Below the pieces are notes generated by a model, which had not been told where the DNA came from, did not search any database, and saw only the letters and a list, made by a program, of their open reading frames with translations. From positions 1 to 64,000 of the forward strand of contig JAOZFI010000036.1 of the NCBI GenBank assembly GCA_027491395.1: a stretch of DNA of 64,000 bases, given 5' to 3'. Every line of letters begins with the position of its first letter. The first letter of the stretch is position 1. Origin of the DNA: Thermoproteota archaeon. GTDB lineage: Archaea > Korarchaeota > Korarchaeia > Korarchaeales > Korarchaeaceae. The translations under genes were made by a program, and so were the position numbers. Below are positions 28,677-38,544 of the stretch, one piece after another.

Positions 28677-29920
28677 TCCCTCACCCCCAGATATTTGATA
28701 ACAGGCTTCTCTGGCTCTTCTCTAGCCTCAAGGAGTTCGTTGAACGCCTTCTTTATCAGTTTGGGCGGTAAATCTCTTCCTCCAAGCCCATATACGTAGT
28801 CGTATACGGTGGGCTTCGAGGAGGAGCTGTAAAGGGCAGATCTCACCTCCATGAATACGGGACCACCCTCGGCCCCGAAGCTCAACGATCTATCAAGGAT
28901 ACCTACAGTGCTGATCTTAGAAAGCTCCTTCCTAATCATGTCAGCTGGGAAAGGCCTGAATACCCTCAACCTTATGGCACCCACCCTCTTCCCCTCACTC
29001 CTCAGCTCGTCCACAACCTTCCTCACCACACTCATGGTCGAGGAGAGGCCCAGCAGCACGACATCCGCGTCCTCTGTTTTATAGGGGATCATATGGACGG
29101 GCTCATAAGACCTTCCGCTTATCTCGGCGAACTCCCTGTGGACCTTCTCTATGATAGGGACGGAAGCCTTCATGGCCTCATTCTGCTGGACCTTATGCTC
29201 GAAGTAGTAGTCGAACAGGTCCAGTGGCCCGAACGATATCGGATACTTCGGGTTCAGCATCAGTGGTATCTCCTTCTCCCCATAGATGTGGGGTAGCTTG
29301 ATCCTTGGGATCTTCCTGATTCCGACGAAGTTTGAAACGACCTCATCAGGAAGAACTGAGACATTTTGCAGTGTGTGAGATATGGTGAACCCGTCTAAGG
29401 TTATCATGACAGGTAACATCGCCTCCTCAGCTATCCTGAAGGCCATTATGGTGTTATCATAGGCCTCCTGCGCATCTTCGCTGTATATCTGAATCCAACC
29501 GGAGTCCCTAGCTCCCATGCTGTCACTATGATCGTTATGAATGTTTATCGGCGCGCTCAAAGCTCTGTTAACGACGGCCATGACGACCGGAGTCCTAGTG
29601 GAAGCGGTTATATACAAGATCTCCCACATCAGAGCTAGACCGTTTGCAGCAGTAGCAGTAAACGCCCTCGCCCCAGCGAGAGCTGCCCCCCAGCTCGCAC
29701 TCAGGGCGCTGTGCTCGCTTTCCACTCTTATGAATTCCATGTCCACCTCTCCATTGTGGACGAACTCGGATATCCTCTCCACAATTATTGTTTGTGGAGT
29801 TATCGGATATGCTGCAACCACATCCACATTGCTCTGCTTCACAGCCCAAGCGACAGCCTCATCTCCATTAAGGGCCATCATAGTTTGACTAACCGACTTC
29901 TGAACCACCATAAAACTCAC
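28673..29920 (-). CDS. porA: Pyruvate/2-ketoisovalerate:ferredoxin oxidoreductase alpha subunit
   Basis: AYPITPQT, VESEHSA, VNRALS, GLGGRD. Confidence 0.93.
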   Translation of the reverse strand: MSFMVVQKSVSQTMMALNGDEAVAWAVKQSNVDVVAAYPITPQTIIVERISEFVHNGEVDMEFIRVESEHSALSASWGAALAGARAFTATAANGLALMWEILYITASTRTPVVMAVVNRALSAPINIHNDHSDSMGARDSGWIQIYSEDAQEAYDNTIMAFRIAEEAMLPVMITLDGFTISHTLQNVSVLPDEVVSNFVGIRKIPRIKLPHIYGEKEIPLMLNPKYPISFGPLDLFDYYFEHKVQQNEAMKASVPIIEKVHREFAEISGRSYEPVHMIPYKTEDADVVLLGLSSTMSVVRKVVDELRSEGKRVGAIRLRVFRPFPADMIRKELSKISTVGILDRSLSFGAEGGPVFMEVRSALYSSSSKPTVYDYVYGLGGRDLPPKLIKKAFNELLEAREEPEKPVIKYLGVRE

Positions 29921-29923
29921 CCC

Positions 29924-30199
29924 TCATATCCTGACCATCTCTATAGCCTTTGTGGGGCACTCCGTAGCGCATATCCCGCATCCCTTGCAGTGATCCAAGT
30001 CGGGGACGGGAACGCTCTCCCCATCCCACCTGTACACGCTGTCAGGGCAGTACATCCAACAGAGCCCACACTTAACACACTTGCTCTCATCGATCTTGGG
30101 CTGAAATACCGCCCACTCCCCAGTGGGGTATTCCCTCGCACTCAAGAAGGGAACTGCCGCCATGGGGAGATCCTTCCACCCAACCATCGGCGTGCTCAT
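29924..30199 (-). CDS. porD: Oxidoreductase delta subunit, 2[4Fe-4S]
   Basis: TGEW, CVKCGLCWMYCP, CKGCGICATECP. Confidence 0.93.
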   Translation of the reverse strand: MSTPMVGWKDLPMAAVPFLSAREYPTGEWAVFQPKIDESKCVKCGLCWMYCPDSVYRWDGESVPVPDLDHCKGCGICATECPTKAIEMVRI

Positions 30200-30783
30200 A
30201 CACTCACCACCTCCTTGGCGGGATCTGACCTAGCCTCCTTCATCGCCCTCTTGAGAGCGTTAATGTTCTTCTCCCCTACGGAGCCGGGCCATCTCCATAA
30301 TATTCCCTGCTCTAGATACTCCACGGGTAGCAGGTTCGTTGCAGCAAGTAGCACCCCCAGCATCGTTGTATTGGGAGAGGCCCTGCCTATCTCCTCCAGA
30401 GCGATGGTCGTGGCATCGACGGACCACACGTGAATCTCATCTGGCAAGTCCAGTTCTTCTCTCAGCTCCGAAGGATACTTCTCGCTATTAGCTAGGAAGT
30501 AACCGCCCTTCTTTAGGCCGCTTAGTAGTGACGTCATGTATCTGGGCTTTAGCAGGCTGGGATCTATCACTATAACAATATCCGGCTCGTAAATGGGCCC
30601 CCTATCCACTATAGGCTTATCATCGATCCTGTTGAATGCGGTAACTGGACCACCTATCCTCTCAGGACCGAACTGCGGAAAGGACTGCGCGTATTTACCC
30701 GCTTTAATGGCTGAATAGGCGAGTACGGCAGACCCGCTCCAAACACCCTGTCCTCCTCTACCGTGCCATCTTATCTCGATCAG
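30196..30783 (-). CDS. porG: Oxidoreductase gamma subunit (CTG start, upstream of the ORF-track start)
   Basis: Frame extends to (M)IEIRWHGRGGQG...FGPER; only CTG is available after the in-frame TAG, with GGGGTG 7 nt upstream. Confidence 0.9.
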   Translation of the reverse strand: MIEIRWHGRGGQGVWSGSAVLAYSAIKAGKYAQSFPQFGPERIGGPVTAFNRIDDKPIVDRGPIYEPDIVIVIDPSLLKPRYMTSLLSGLKKGGYFLANSEKYPSELREELDLPDEIHVWSVDATTIALEEIGRASPNTTMLGVLLAATNLLPVEYLEQGILWRWPGSVGEKNINALKRAMKEARSDPAKEVVSV

Positions 30784-30995
30784 GGGATACCACCCCTATA
30801 GTATGACCATCTTTAAGGGTAAAAAGATATCTAGATTGTCCATTCTTAAGCTTGAGAGATTTCTAGATCTCTTTTTACACAAAAATAGTGCATGATTAAC
30901 GTGAAGGCCCTCTACTGATTACTATATGTAAACATTTATCTGCCTCACAGAGATCCCTCCCGTGTCACCTACATCTAATTAATGCGGATAGCCAC

Positions 30996-31553
30996 TTACT
31001 GGTAGTTTTTTTCACCTAGGAACCTAGGGGCTAAAATAGACAGCAGAAGCGATGTCGTGGCCTCGGTTGTCGGACCGATTGCTATAGCGCCACCACCTGC
31101 TACGGGAAGGAATAAACCCATAAATCCCAGAATGAATGCCTCCATAGGAGGGAACCCGAATATCAGGTAGAGGATCCACGATGTCAATATGTCGTAGAGG
31201 AAGGTGGACAGATATGCTATTACAAATATGAATATACGTTCTTTAATCCGTAATCTAGCCCAGATTGCCCCTATAGCTCCTGCTAGACCACCATCGACTA
31301 GGGTCCAGATGCCCAGCCCGATTACACCATCGGACACTAAAAAGGAGAGGAATCCCACGCCGAAACCAACATTACTCCCGTAGAGCATACCAGCTAACAT
31401 CGTAAAGAGTAGAGGTAAGTTAACGAACTGAAAGGGGCCTATAAGGACATGCTTCCCTATTCTAGCGGCCACAGCTAGGGCGCTCCATACACCTATCTGT
31501 GCGGTCACTTTTGAAAGTGAAGCCTCTTTTTCATCCCTATTCATCGTCATCAT
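30996..31553 (-). CDS. ECF transporter S-component-like membrane protein
   Basis: About 5-6 TMs, AGMLYG..VGFGVG..SFLVSD pattern; AT-rich flanks. Confidence 0.65.
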   Translation of the reverse strand: MMTMNRDEKEASLSKVTAQIGVWSALAVAARIGKHVLIGPFQFVNLPLLFTMLAGMLYGSNVGFGVGFLSFLVSDGVIGLGIWTLVDGGLAGAIGAIWARLRIKERIFIFVIAYLSTFLYDILTSWILYLIFGFPPMEAFILGFMGLFLPVAGGGAIAIGPTTEATTSLLLSILAPRFLGEKNYQ

Positions 31554-31672
31554 CCCAATTTAATGTAAATTTTAGTTAGATTAACTATGTTTTTTGATGG
31601 CATGAGCCTCGGCCATGTGAGTTTACATGATGGAATTTAAATAGATGAGTGGTCGGTTATCCCGGTGTAAGC

Positions 31673-32380
31673 ATGGGCCACGCTCACAACCACTCCCAGA
31701 GGGTCATTGACGAGCAAACGGCGTCACAGCTTAAGGCCAGATTTGACGCCGAGATGGTTCGACCTATTGAGCTGGTCATGTTCAAAGGCGTGGGCAACGA
31801 AGAATACTCCCAGTGGACGGAACAGCTGCTGAGGGAGCTGGACGACCTATCTGATAAGATAAGGGTCGAGATACACGATGTTACCCTAGAACCCGAACTC
31901 ATAGAGGAGTTCAAAGTAACGAAGACGCCCACAATTCTAATAGACCCTAGATCTGGATACAGGATAAGGTACACAGGTGCTCCAGCAGGATACGAGGCTT
32001 GGGCATTCGTGGAGACCATGATACTGGTGAGCAGGGATGATAGTGGCCTCTCGGATCGAGTCAGGGAGATCCTCAAGGAGGCTAGAAACTACGGTAAAGA
32101 GGCTCATATAATGATATTCGTAACTCCAACGTGTCCTTACTGCCCGAATCAGGTCCTCCTAGCCAATAAATTTGCCATAGAGTTAAAAGGACAGATCGAG
32201 GCAGACTGCGTAGAGGCATACGAGAATCCCGACCTGGCTGATATGTTCCATGTCTCTGCCGTTCCCCATAACGTGATAACCGTGAGAGACAATGGTAAGG
32301 AGATACCAAAGGAGGTCTCTATAGGAGTACAACCGGAGGAGAAGTATGCAATGGATCTGATCAAGGCTCTGAGGGAATAG
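31673..32380 (+). CDS. Protein disulfide oxidoreductase (two thioredoxin units; only the C-terminal CPYC is intact)
   Basis: YTGAPAGYE, FVTPTCPYCP, VSAVP. Confidence 0.85.
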   Translation: MGHAHNHSQRVIDEQTASQLKARFDAEMVRPIELVMFKGVGNEEYSQWTEQLLRELDDLSDKIRVEIHDVTLEPELIEEFKVTKTPTILIDPRSGYRIRYTGAPAGYEAWAFVETMILVSRDDSGLSDRVREILKEARNYGKEAHIMIFVTPTCPYCPNQVLLANKFAIELKGQIEADCVEAYENPDLADMFHVSAVPHNVITVRDNGKEIPKEVSIGVQPEEKYAMDLIKALRE

Positions 32381-32383
32381 AGT

Positions 32384-33295
32384 ATGGAGTATCACATCCT
32401 CCTCACGAATGATGATGGGCTTCATTCTGCCCCTTTCAGGGCTTTTTGGACTGGTCTAATGGAGAGGAAGATCGGTAAGGTGACCGTTGTTGTCCCCGAG
32501 CACGAGATGAGCGCTGCCGGAAAAGGGATAACTCTTCACAAGCCTCTCAGGATAAGGAAGCTTCCTGTAAAGGTTAGGGGTTTCGGGTACAGGGAAGCGT
32601 TCACAGTTAGCGGAACCCCTGGAGATGCCGTCACTGTTGCTGTAAAGTACATAATGGACTCAGAACCAGATGTTGTGGTCTCCGGTATAAATGTGGGCGA
32701 CAACATAACCTTGGACAACATATTCACGAGTGGTACCATAGCGGCAGCCCTGCAAGGCACGATAATGGGGATAACATCATCCGCATTCAGCGTGGAGATA
32801 CCCGCTGGACAGCCCAGCCGCCCGGTGGACAGGTTTCTACCTCAAGCCAGACTAGCAGCAATTATAACGGAGTGGTTGGTTATGAAGGGACTGCCGGAGG
32901 GCGTAGATCTACTCAACGTGAACTTCCCTTACAAAATATCAGAGGACACGCCCATAAGGGTAACTAGGCTAGCTAGAATGAAGTTTGAGAACTATGTACT
33001 GGAAAGAATAGATACTAGAGGGAATCCTTACTACTGGTTGGGTGGAAATCCGGTTCCAGTAACTGAGAAGGATAGGGGCACCGATCTTTACGCTCTAATG
33101 GTGGAGAGAGCAGTCTCCATAACCCCCATAAGCTTGGATCTGAGTGTAAGGGAGCTAAACTGTGAAGAGCTGAATAGAAAAAGGAGAAGGGCCTTGGAGG
33201 AGATCTCCTCCTTAGTGGATCAGCTCAAGGGGTATCTCATGGATTTGACCGGAAAACACTCACACGTTCAGGAGGAAGAGACCTCCTCTCTTTAG
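32384..33295 (+). CDS. surE: 5'/3'-nucleotidase SurE
   Basis: ILLTNDDG, GTPGD, SGINVG, SGT, DTRGNPYYW. Confidence 0.93.
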   Translation: MEYHILLTNDDGLHSAPFRAFWTGLMERKIGKVTVVVPEHEMSAAGKGITLHKPLRIRKLPVKVRGFGYREAFTVSGTPGDAVTVAVKYIMDSEPDVVVSGINVGDNITLDNIFTSGTIAAALQGTIMGITSSAFSVEIPAGQPSRPVDRFLPQARLAAIITEWLVMKGLPEGVDLLNVNFPYKISEDTPIRVTRLARMKFENYVLERIDTRGNPYYWLGGNPVPVTEKDRGTDLYALMVERAVSITPISLDLSVRELNCEELNRKRRRALEEISSLVDQLKGYLMDLTGKHSHVQEEETSSL

Positions 33296-33688
33296 ATCCC
33301 TTTTCAGCTCACCTTCAAGTTCTATAATCGCAATTTCACACGTCCCTCCGACGTATCCCTCGACAAGATGGCCCGCCACTGTTCTCTCCTTATTCCCCAA
33401 GACCACGTGGATGTGGGCAAAGGGCTTCCCTTCCCTGAGGCTCACATTCCCAGCTAGGGAGGCTAGCTCCATTGGTGTATTCACATCAAAGGTCTCATAC
33501 TCTTCCTTCTCTGGATTGAACACGGCGAGTTTAGCCTTGCTTAACAGCCCTAAGCCAGATAGAACCGCCCCTCCTACTCCAGCTTCAGTGCAGGCCTTAA
33601 TTACTGAGGAGACGACCTCCTCTCCCCGATCTACTCTTATCACATGTACCTTCCTGATGCCGAACGACTTCAACTCAACCACCCGCAC
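33260..33688 (-). CDS. PPC/DUF296 domain protein
   Basis: ELASLAGN, HIHVV, AGHL. Confidence 0.85.
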   Translation of the reverse strand: MRVVELKSFGIRKVHVIRVDRGEEVVSSVIKACTEAGVGGAVLSGLGLLSKAKLAVFNPEKEEYETFDVNTPMELASLAGNVSLREGKPFAHIHVVLGNKERTVAGHLVEGYVGGTCEIAIIELEGELKRDLKRGGLFLLNV

Positions 33689-34667
33689 TAGTCTGTATGG
33701 GATACATAATAGGGGTAGCCTCCCCGGCCGTGACTATTATGGTAGCATTGGCCTTGGCTATGTCCTTTAACCCCTCTAGGTAGATGACTAGTGGTGCTAT
33801 CTTATCCGGATCGGCTCCCGATCTAACTAGTATGTCTATGGATCTCGCCGTCCCATTGGCTATTATGATCCTAGACTTAGCCTCACCCTCGGCCTCGAGC
33901 ACCTTGGCAGTGGCTGAGGCGTTAGCGAGTATTATGGTCCTGTTCCTGTCATAGTAAGCGGCTATCATCCTCTGCTGAGATGTTAGCTTCTCCTGAATGG
34001 CCTTCAGGAATTCCTCAGGAAGCTTTATGTTCCTGACGTAGACCTCATCTATCACTACACCTCCGCCTGTCGTCTCGTCCTTGGCGAACACCTCTTGGAG
34101 GAAGCTGAATATCTCACCGCTAATCCTGTCCCTAGCTACGGGTACTTCGGCAGCCTCGTACTTGGAGAGAACGTCTCTGGCGATCTTCCTTATCTCAGGT
34201 ATTATCAGCTTCTCCTCGTAGTCCAGAGCTGGGTAAGATTCCACGATCTTTGGTACTGAGCTCGGTATTATGTGCCACCTTACAGTCAGGTCCACCCAAG
34301 CCTGTAGTCCATCTTTGGTGAGCGATTCTATAGCCGGATAGTCTCCTATAGCGCTACCGTAACCGTGCTGGACAGCGTTGACATCGGTCCACATGTGGAC
34401 GGCGTCCGTGGCAATGTAGACCTTCTTGACCGACTGCCAAGGCATCTTGAAGGCGACCTTAGGCCCTATAACTGGCCCCGATATCTCACCTGTGAAAGGA
34501 TCCACTGTCACGGCTGCATAACCCAGTTCAACGGTATATACACTCAGGAAAGAGGCTATCAGCAGGAGGATCACAAGGGCAGCGGCTAACAACACTCTAC
34601 CACTAATTTTAGGCTGGTAGGGAAGTTCAGGCGTGTACACAGGTATCTCGTCGTCTCTTCCAGGCAT
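33675..34667 (-). CDS. SPFH/prohibitin (band 7) membrane protein
   Basis: N-terminal TM, TKDG, VRNIKLP..F..AIQEK, AEGEA coiled coil. Confidence 0.85.
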   Translation of the reverse strand: MPGRDDEIPVYTPELPYQPKISGRVLLAAALVILLLIASFLSVYTVELGYAAVTVDPFTGEISGPVIGPKVAFKMPWQSVKKVYIATDAVHMWTDVNAVQHGYGSAIGDYPAIESLTKDGLQAWVDLTVRWHIIPSSVPKIVESYPALDYEEKLIIPEIRKIARDVLSKYEAAEVPVARDRISGEIFSFLQEVFAKDETTGGGVVIDEVYVRNIKLPEEFLKAIQEKLTSQQRMIAAYYDRNRTIILANASATAKVLEAEGEAKSRIIIANGTARSIDILVRSGADPDKIAPLVIYLEGLKDIAKANATIIVTAGEATPIMYPIQTSAGG

Positions 34668-34741
34668 CTTTCAGCTCCCACTATAGTGAGGTATCTCGTC
34701 TTTTAAGTTAGCATGCAGATGGGGCGTTATGGATGTGAACG

Positions 34742-35503
34742 CTAACCGTGGTAAGGGAGACCCTTCTCTTCCTCCTCCGGTTTATACTCGGCTCCTTCAC
34801 TGAGCTTTATTTCTTCCTTGATTACCTCTTCCGCCATCTCCGCTTCCCTCTCCAACTCCTCTAAGTCCATATTCAGGCCATACAGAGCATCGATTACCTC
34901 CAATACCATCTTAGACGCCTTGGGATCGGGAAAGGCGCCGCTGGTAGTTCCGAGGAGACAGGCGCTCGTTAACCCCCTGAGATCAGCGAGCCCAACTAGG
35001 AGACCAGCTGCTCCAGTCACATAACCGCCGGTTAGGGGCTTGACACCAATAGACTCCAAGACCTTCATGAAGTCATCGTCGTTAGTGCAGGCGAAGACCC
35101 CCGTCACATCGGGCGATCCTGGGACATACCCACCCATGGTAATGATCCTGGTAACCCCTAACTCCTGTGCGAAGTCCAGCACGAGTTCCCCTATCTTGTA
35201 CTGGCCGAAGGCGATTGGCTGAACCTCGGAAGTGAGCACCAAAATGTCATTCTCAGATCCCTCAACTAGGTAGATCTCGTAAGTAGGTGGTTGTATATCA
35301 TCCCCCTCAACCCTCACACCGGAGGATCCATCCGGTAGGGGCAGGTAATCGCTGTAGATGACCGCTATCTTCTTGGCTTCGAACTTTCTAATGAGATAGC
35401 TGGCGGCTATCTTCCCCACTAGACCTAGCCCCGGGACTCCCTGTATCAGGATAGGATTCCTCGGCGCCACTTCCTCTAGTCTCACTAGTTCAACGTATCC
35501 CAC
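34742..35503 (-). CDS. PAC2-family proteasome assembly chaperone homolog
   Basis: GVPGLGLVGKIA, TMGG, GAAGLL, PDPKAS. Confidence 0.85.
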   Translation of the reverse strand: MGYVELVRLEEVAPRNPILIQGVPGLGLVGKIAASYLIRKFEAKKIAVIYSDYLPLPDGSSGVRVEGDDIQPPTYEIYLVEGSENDILVLTSEVQPIAFGQYKIGELVLDFAQELGVTRIITMGGYVPGSPDVTGVFACTNDDDFMKVLESIGVKPLTGGYVTGAAGLLVGLADLRGLTSACLLGTTSGAFPDPKASKMVLEVIDALYGLNMDLEELEREAEMAEEVIKEEIKLSEGAEYKPEEEEKGLPYHG

Positions 35504-35568
35504 AAAGGCTCCCCATCAGGAAGCCCTTAACTCAATATTAAACAATGAGGCCTACCTCTGGGATACCG

Positions 35569-36912
35569 ATGCAATACGTGGTCGTGGGGCATGGCACAGC
35601 CGGGCAAACAGCTGCAGCCGTTTTGAAGAAGGTAGATCCGGATTCGGAAGTTTACGTATTAGAAAAGGGAAAACACGTCTCAATTCATCCGTGCGCCTTA
35701 CCTATGGTCTTGGGAGGCAGACTACCTCTGGAAGCGGTCATAGAGACGGCACCAAAGGGGAGGATCAACGTGCTGCTCAGATCAGAGGCGAAACACATTA
35801 ACTTGGAGAATAAAATCCTTATCTTTGAGAGAGATGGTGAGACAGACGAGATACCCTACGATCGGCTGATAATAGCTACCGGGCTCAAACCCATATTCCC
35901 CAAGGTCGAGGGCATTGACCTAGAAGGGGTCGGAACCGTGTGGGACGTCGAATCCGTCGAGAGGCTTAGTAGAGTCTTGGGAAATAGGGTGGTCGTGGTT
36001 GGTGGTAGTGCCACGGGAATAGAGGTCGCAGCAGAGCTAGCTAGGACTGGCCGAGATGTAACTCTAATAGAGGCTATGGGACAGCTCATGCCCGGGAAGA
36101 TAGATCCCCCAATAGCCTCATCCGTAGCCAAGGCGCTAACCGACATGGGAGTCGAGGTAAAGCTGAAGACGCCCATGACCAAGCTGGAGGGATCAGGCGG
36201 CAGGCTCCGATACGTTGTAACCCCTGCCGGGAAGATAGAGGCCGAAACGGCCGTGGTCGTCATAGGTGCCAAGCCTAATTCAGATTTAGCTGCTGCATCA
36301 GGATTGAAGATAGGCGGCACGGGTGCCATCAAGGTGGACGAATATCTCTTCACATCCGACCCTCATGTCCTCGCAGCAGGCGACGTCGCTGAGGTGAGGG
36401 ATTTCGTAACGGGTCAGCCGACTGCAACCGGCCTGGCATCAACAGCTCTTGTTCAAGGTAGAATAGCGGCTGAGAACGCAGCAGGCCTTAAAATCAGATA
36501 CAAAGGAGCCCTTTCCCCATATTTGGTCTCTGTGGGTGACTACTGGTTCGGCGGGGTCGGTATATCGGCTAGTAAGGCGGAAAAACTCGGGATGGAATAC
36601 AGGGCATTCAGATTTGCTGGATCCGACCTCCCGAGATACATGCCTGAGAGGGACAGGTTTGTGGTGTGGCTGGTGACCGATCCCAAGGGAAAACTGTTGG
36701 GCGCTCAGGTCTTCGGGAGGAGGGGGGTGAGGGAGAGGGTAGTCTTCCTGACAGCCGCCATTTACGCGGGCTTTCATATACAGGACATGAGACTGATGGA
36801 GTTCGCTTATCAGCCAGAGGTATGTGACCTATTAGATCCAGTTGCAGTGGCTGCGGAGGGGATGAGCAGGAAGTACCGGCTATTGGAATCTACCAGTGAC
36901 CAGCTTGGCTAG
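35569..36912 (+). CDS. CoA-disulfide reductase / NADH oxidase family flavoprotein
   Basis: GHGTAG, single Cys in PCALP, ATG, GGSATG, AAGD, C-terminal dimerisation domain. Confidence 0.82.
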   Translation: MQYVVVGHGTAGQTAAAVLKKVDPDSEVYVLEKGKHVSIHPCALPMVLGGRLPLEAVIETAPKGRINVLLRSEAKHINLENKILIFERDGETDEIPYDRLIIATGLKPIFPKVEGIDLEGVGTVWDVESVERLSRVLGNRVVVVGGSATGIEVAAELARTGRDVTLIEAMGQLMPGKIDPPIASSVAKALTDMGVEVKLKTPMTKLEGSGGRLRYVVTPAGKIEAETAVVVIGAKPNSDLAAASGLKIGGTGAIKVDEYLFTSDPHVLAAGDVAEVRDFVTGQPTATGLASTALVQGRIAAENAAGLKIRYKGALSPYLVSVGDYWFGGVGISASKAEKLGMEYRAFRFAGSDLPRYMPERDRFVVWLVTDPKGKLLGAQVFGRRGVRERVVFLTAAIYAGFHIQDMRLMEFAYQPEVCDLLDPVAVAAEGMSRKYRLLESTSDQLG

Positions 36913-37143
36913 CAGCCCTCCGGGCCTCTGGCCCACCCAGTAAACTTCCTTATCTAGCAATCTAGCTAAGAAAGCGATTAGAGAGGTATCTGGATCCGAG
37001 CAACCGCCATCAATCACCACGGAGTCGACGCTTAGAATGGTTTTAACGACTTCTTCCCATCCCTTATCAGTCTCTATCGGAACTCCATCGGGAAGGGAGT
37101 AACATCTAGGGAGATAGGCAATCTTATTAGTCATTAATCTCAC
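36880..37143 (-). CDS. Hypothetical protein
   Basis: Short ORF overlapping the end of the upstream DUF354 gene. Confidence 0.55.
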   Translation of the reverse strand: MRLMTNKIAYLPRCYSLPDGVPIETDKGWEEVVKTILSVDSVVIDGGCSDPDTSLIAFLARLLDKEVYWVGQRPGGLLAKLVTGRFQ

Positions 37144-38161
37144 CCAAGATGGAAGCGATTACATTCCTAGGATCCTCAAGGGCAAGCAACATATCTCTCG
37201 TGTCCACGATGAAGGAATCAGGATCCTTGAGTATGTTCGTCACGAGACGCTCGGCTTCCTCCAACTTCCTAGATCTCCAGATAGGAAAACCCCTCTCCCT
37301 CAGATACTCGTTGACATACAATCTCACATCAAGAGGAAATACAGATATGGAGGGAGTCCCCAAGAGAGCTGCCTCCCGTGCCATGGTTCCCCCACCAGTT
37401 ATCACTAGGGAAATCTTGCTAAAGAGATCCAGAGTGTCAACAGCGCCCCTTAAAACTAAGAGCCTTCCCTCCCTGAAGGCTCTCATTTTACTGAGTTCCT
37501 CGACTTGACTCTCGTACCTCGGTTTGACTATAACCTCCGCTCCCATCTCTAATACAACCTTTACGAGTTCCAGCGCTATAGACTTACCCCTCCCTAGCAA
37601 ATAGGAGGCGCCACTCTCCTCAGGCCTTATAAATACCTTGAACTCCCTGCTCTCAGGCAGGGTCGATAGAGCGTAATCTCTTACCCAAGCGACCTCATCC
37701 ACGCCAGCATAAGAGATCAAGGAGTCCTTAGAAGCCCCTAATCTAAGCATCTCATTCTCCGGGATGGCTTTTGGATAAACGACTCTCCAAGATAAGGGAA
37801 AGGTCAGCCTAGCGACGTGATACGAATGGGGTGTGTCATTCATGGTGACGGCCTTGATAGAGAGGCCGAAAGCCACTCTAACAGCCTCAGGTGAGGAGAA
37901 AGATATCAAAACGTCTGGGTCAAAGTCCATGACGGTATCTAGCAGTAGTCTAACTCTCTCAGCGTAGGATAGGAGCTTATCCTTGAGCCCCCCGATGGCA
38001 TACCTCCCCACGACCTTATGCCTGCTCCCCAGCTTCTTCAGAAGGGATGCTGGCTCCCCCAACCCCTTTACGGTTATTAGGTAGTCTGAATTCAGGAAAG
38101 ATGCTATGGCCGTCATCAATCTGGCCTGTTTGGGAGTTATGACATCGAGCCAAACCTTCAT
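37127..38161 (-). CDS. DUF354 family (GT-B-like) protein
   Basis: KVWLDVITPKQ, SPEA, DTPH, GGGTMAREAALLGTP. Confidence 0.85.
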   Translation of the reverse strand: MKVWLDVITPKQARLMTAIASFLNSDYLITVKGLGEPASLLKKLGSRHKVVGRYAIGGLKDKLLSYAERVRLLLDTVMDFDPDVLISFSSPEAVRVAFGLSIKAVTMNDTPHSYHVARLTFPLSWRVVYPKAIPENEMLRLGASKDSLISYAGVDEVAWVRDYALSTLPESREFKVFIRPEESGASYLLGRGKSIALELVKVVLEMGAEVIVKPRYESQVEELSKMRAFREGRLLVLRGAVDTLDLFSKISLVITGGGTMAREAALLGTPSISVFPLDVRLYVNEYLRERGFPIWRSRKLEEAERLVTNILKDPDSFIVDTRDMLLALEDPRNVIASILGEIND

Positions 38162-38544
38162 CCAGAACCTTCCTTCCCTGATTCCCTTTTTAGGGACTCC
38201 AGTGTTATTTCAAGGAACGAGAGACCCTCATCAAGAAGCTTCCGTCCTGATTCGGTTATCTCGTAGTAATTTCTCATCTTACCCGTATCTTCGCCCTTCC
38301 TCTTTGACATCTTCACATATCCCTTGGATTTGAGGGACCTCATCACTATGTACGCAGTTACTCTAGCCGGTCTCCACCCGAACCTCTCCTCTATTAGATC
38401 CGATATCTCGTAAGGATATGCCGGTCTCTCTCTGAGAATGGATAGCACGTATAACCAGAGATTCTCCTTCGTTAGCTTGTCTTTCAATCTCTGAAGGGGT
38501 GCGGGGAGCCTACCCGACGTACTCCGCGGACTCATCCATCTCAC
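38158..38544 (-). CDS. PadR-family transcriptional regulator
   Basis: LTKENLWLYVL, YPYEI, RNYYEITESG. Confidence 0.85.
   Translation of the reverse strand: MRWMSPRSTSGRLPAPLQRLKDKLTKENLWLYVLSILRERPAYPYEISDLIEERFGWRPARVTAYIVMRSLKSKGYVKMSKRKGEDTGKMRNYYEITESGRKLLDEGLSFLEITLESLKRESGKEGSG

Noticed and set aside
31554-31672. Riboswitch upstream of the ECF S-component
   Set aside because: Short, AT-rich divergent promoter region with no TPP, FMN or cobalamin consensus visible.
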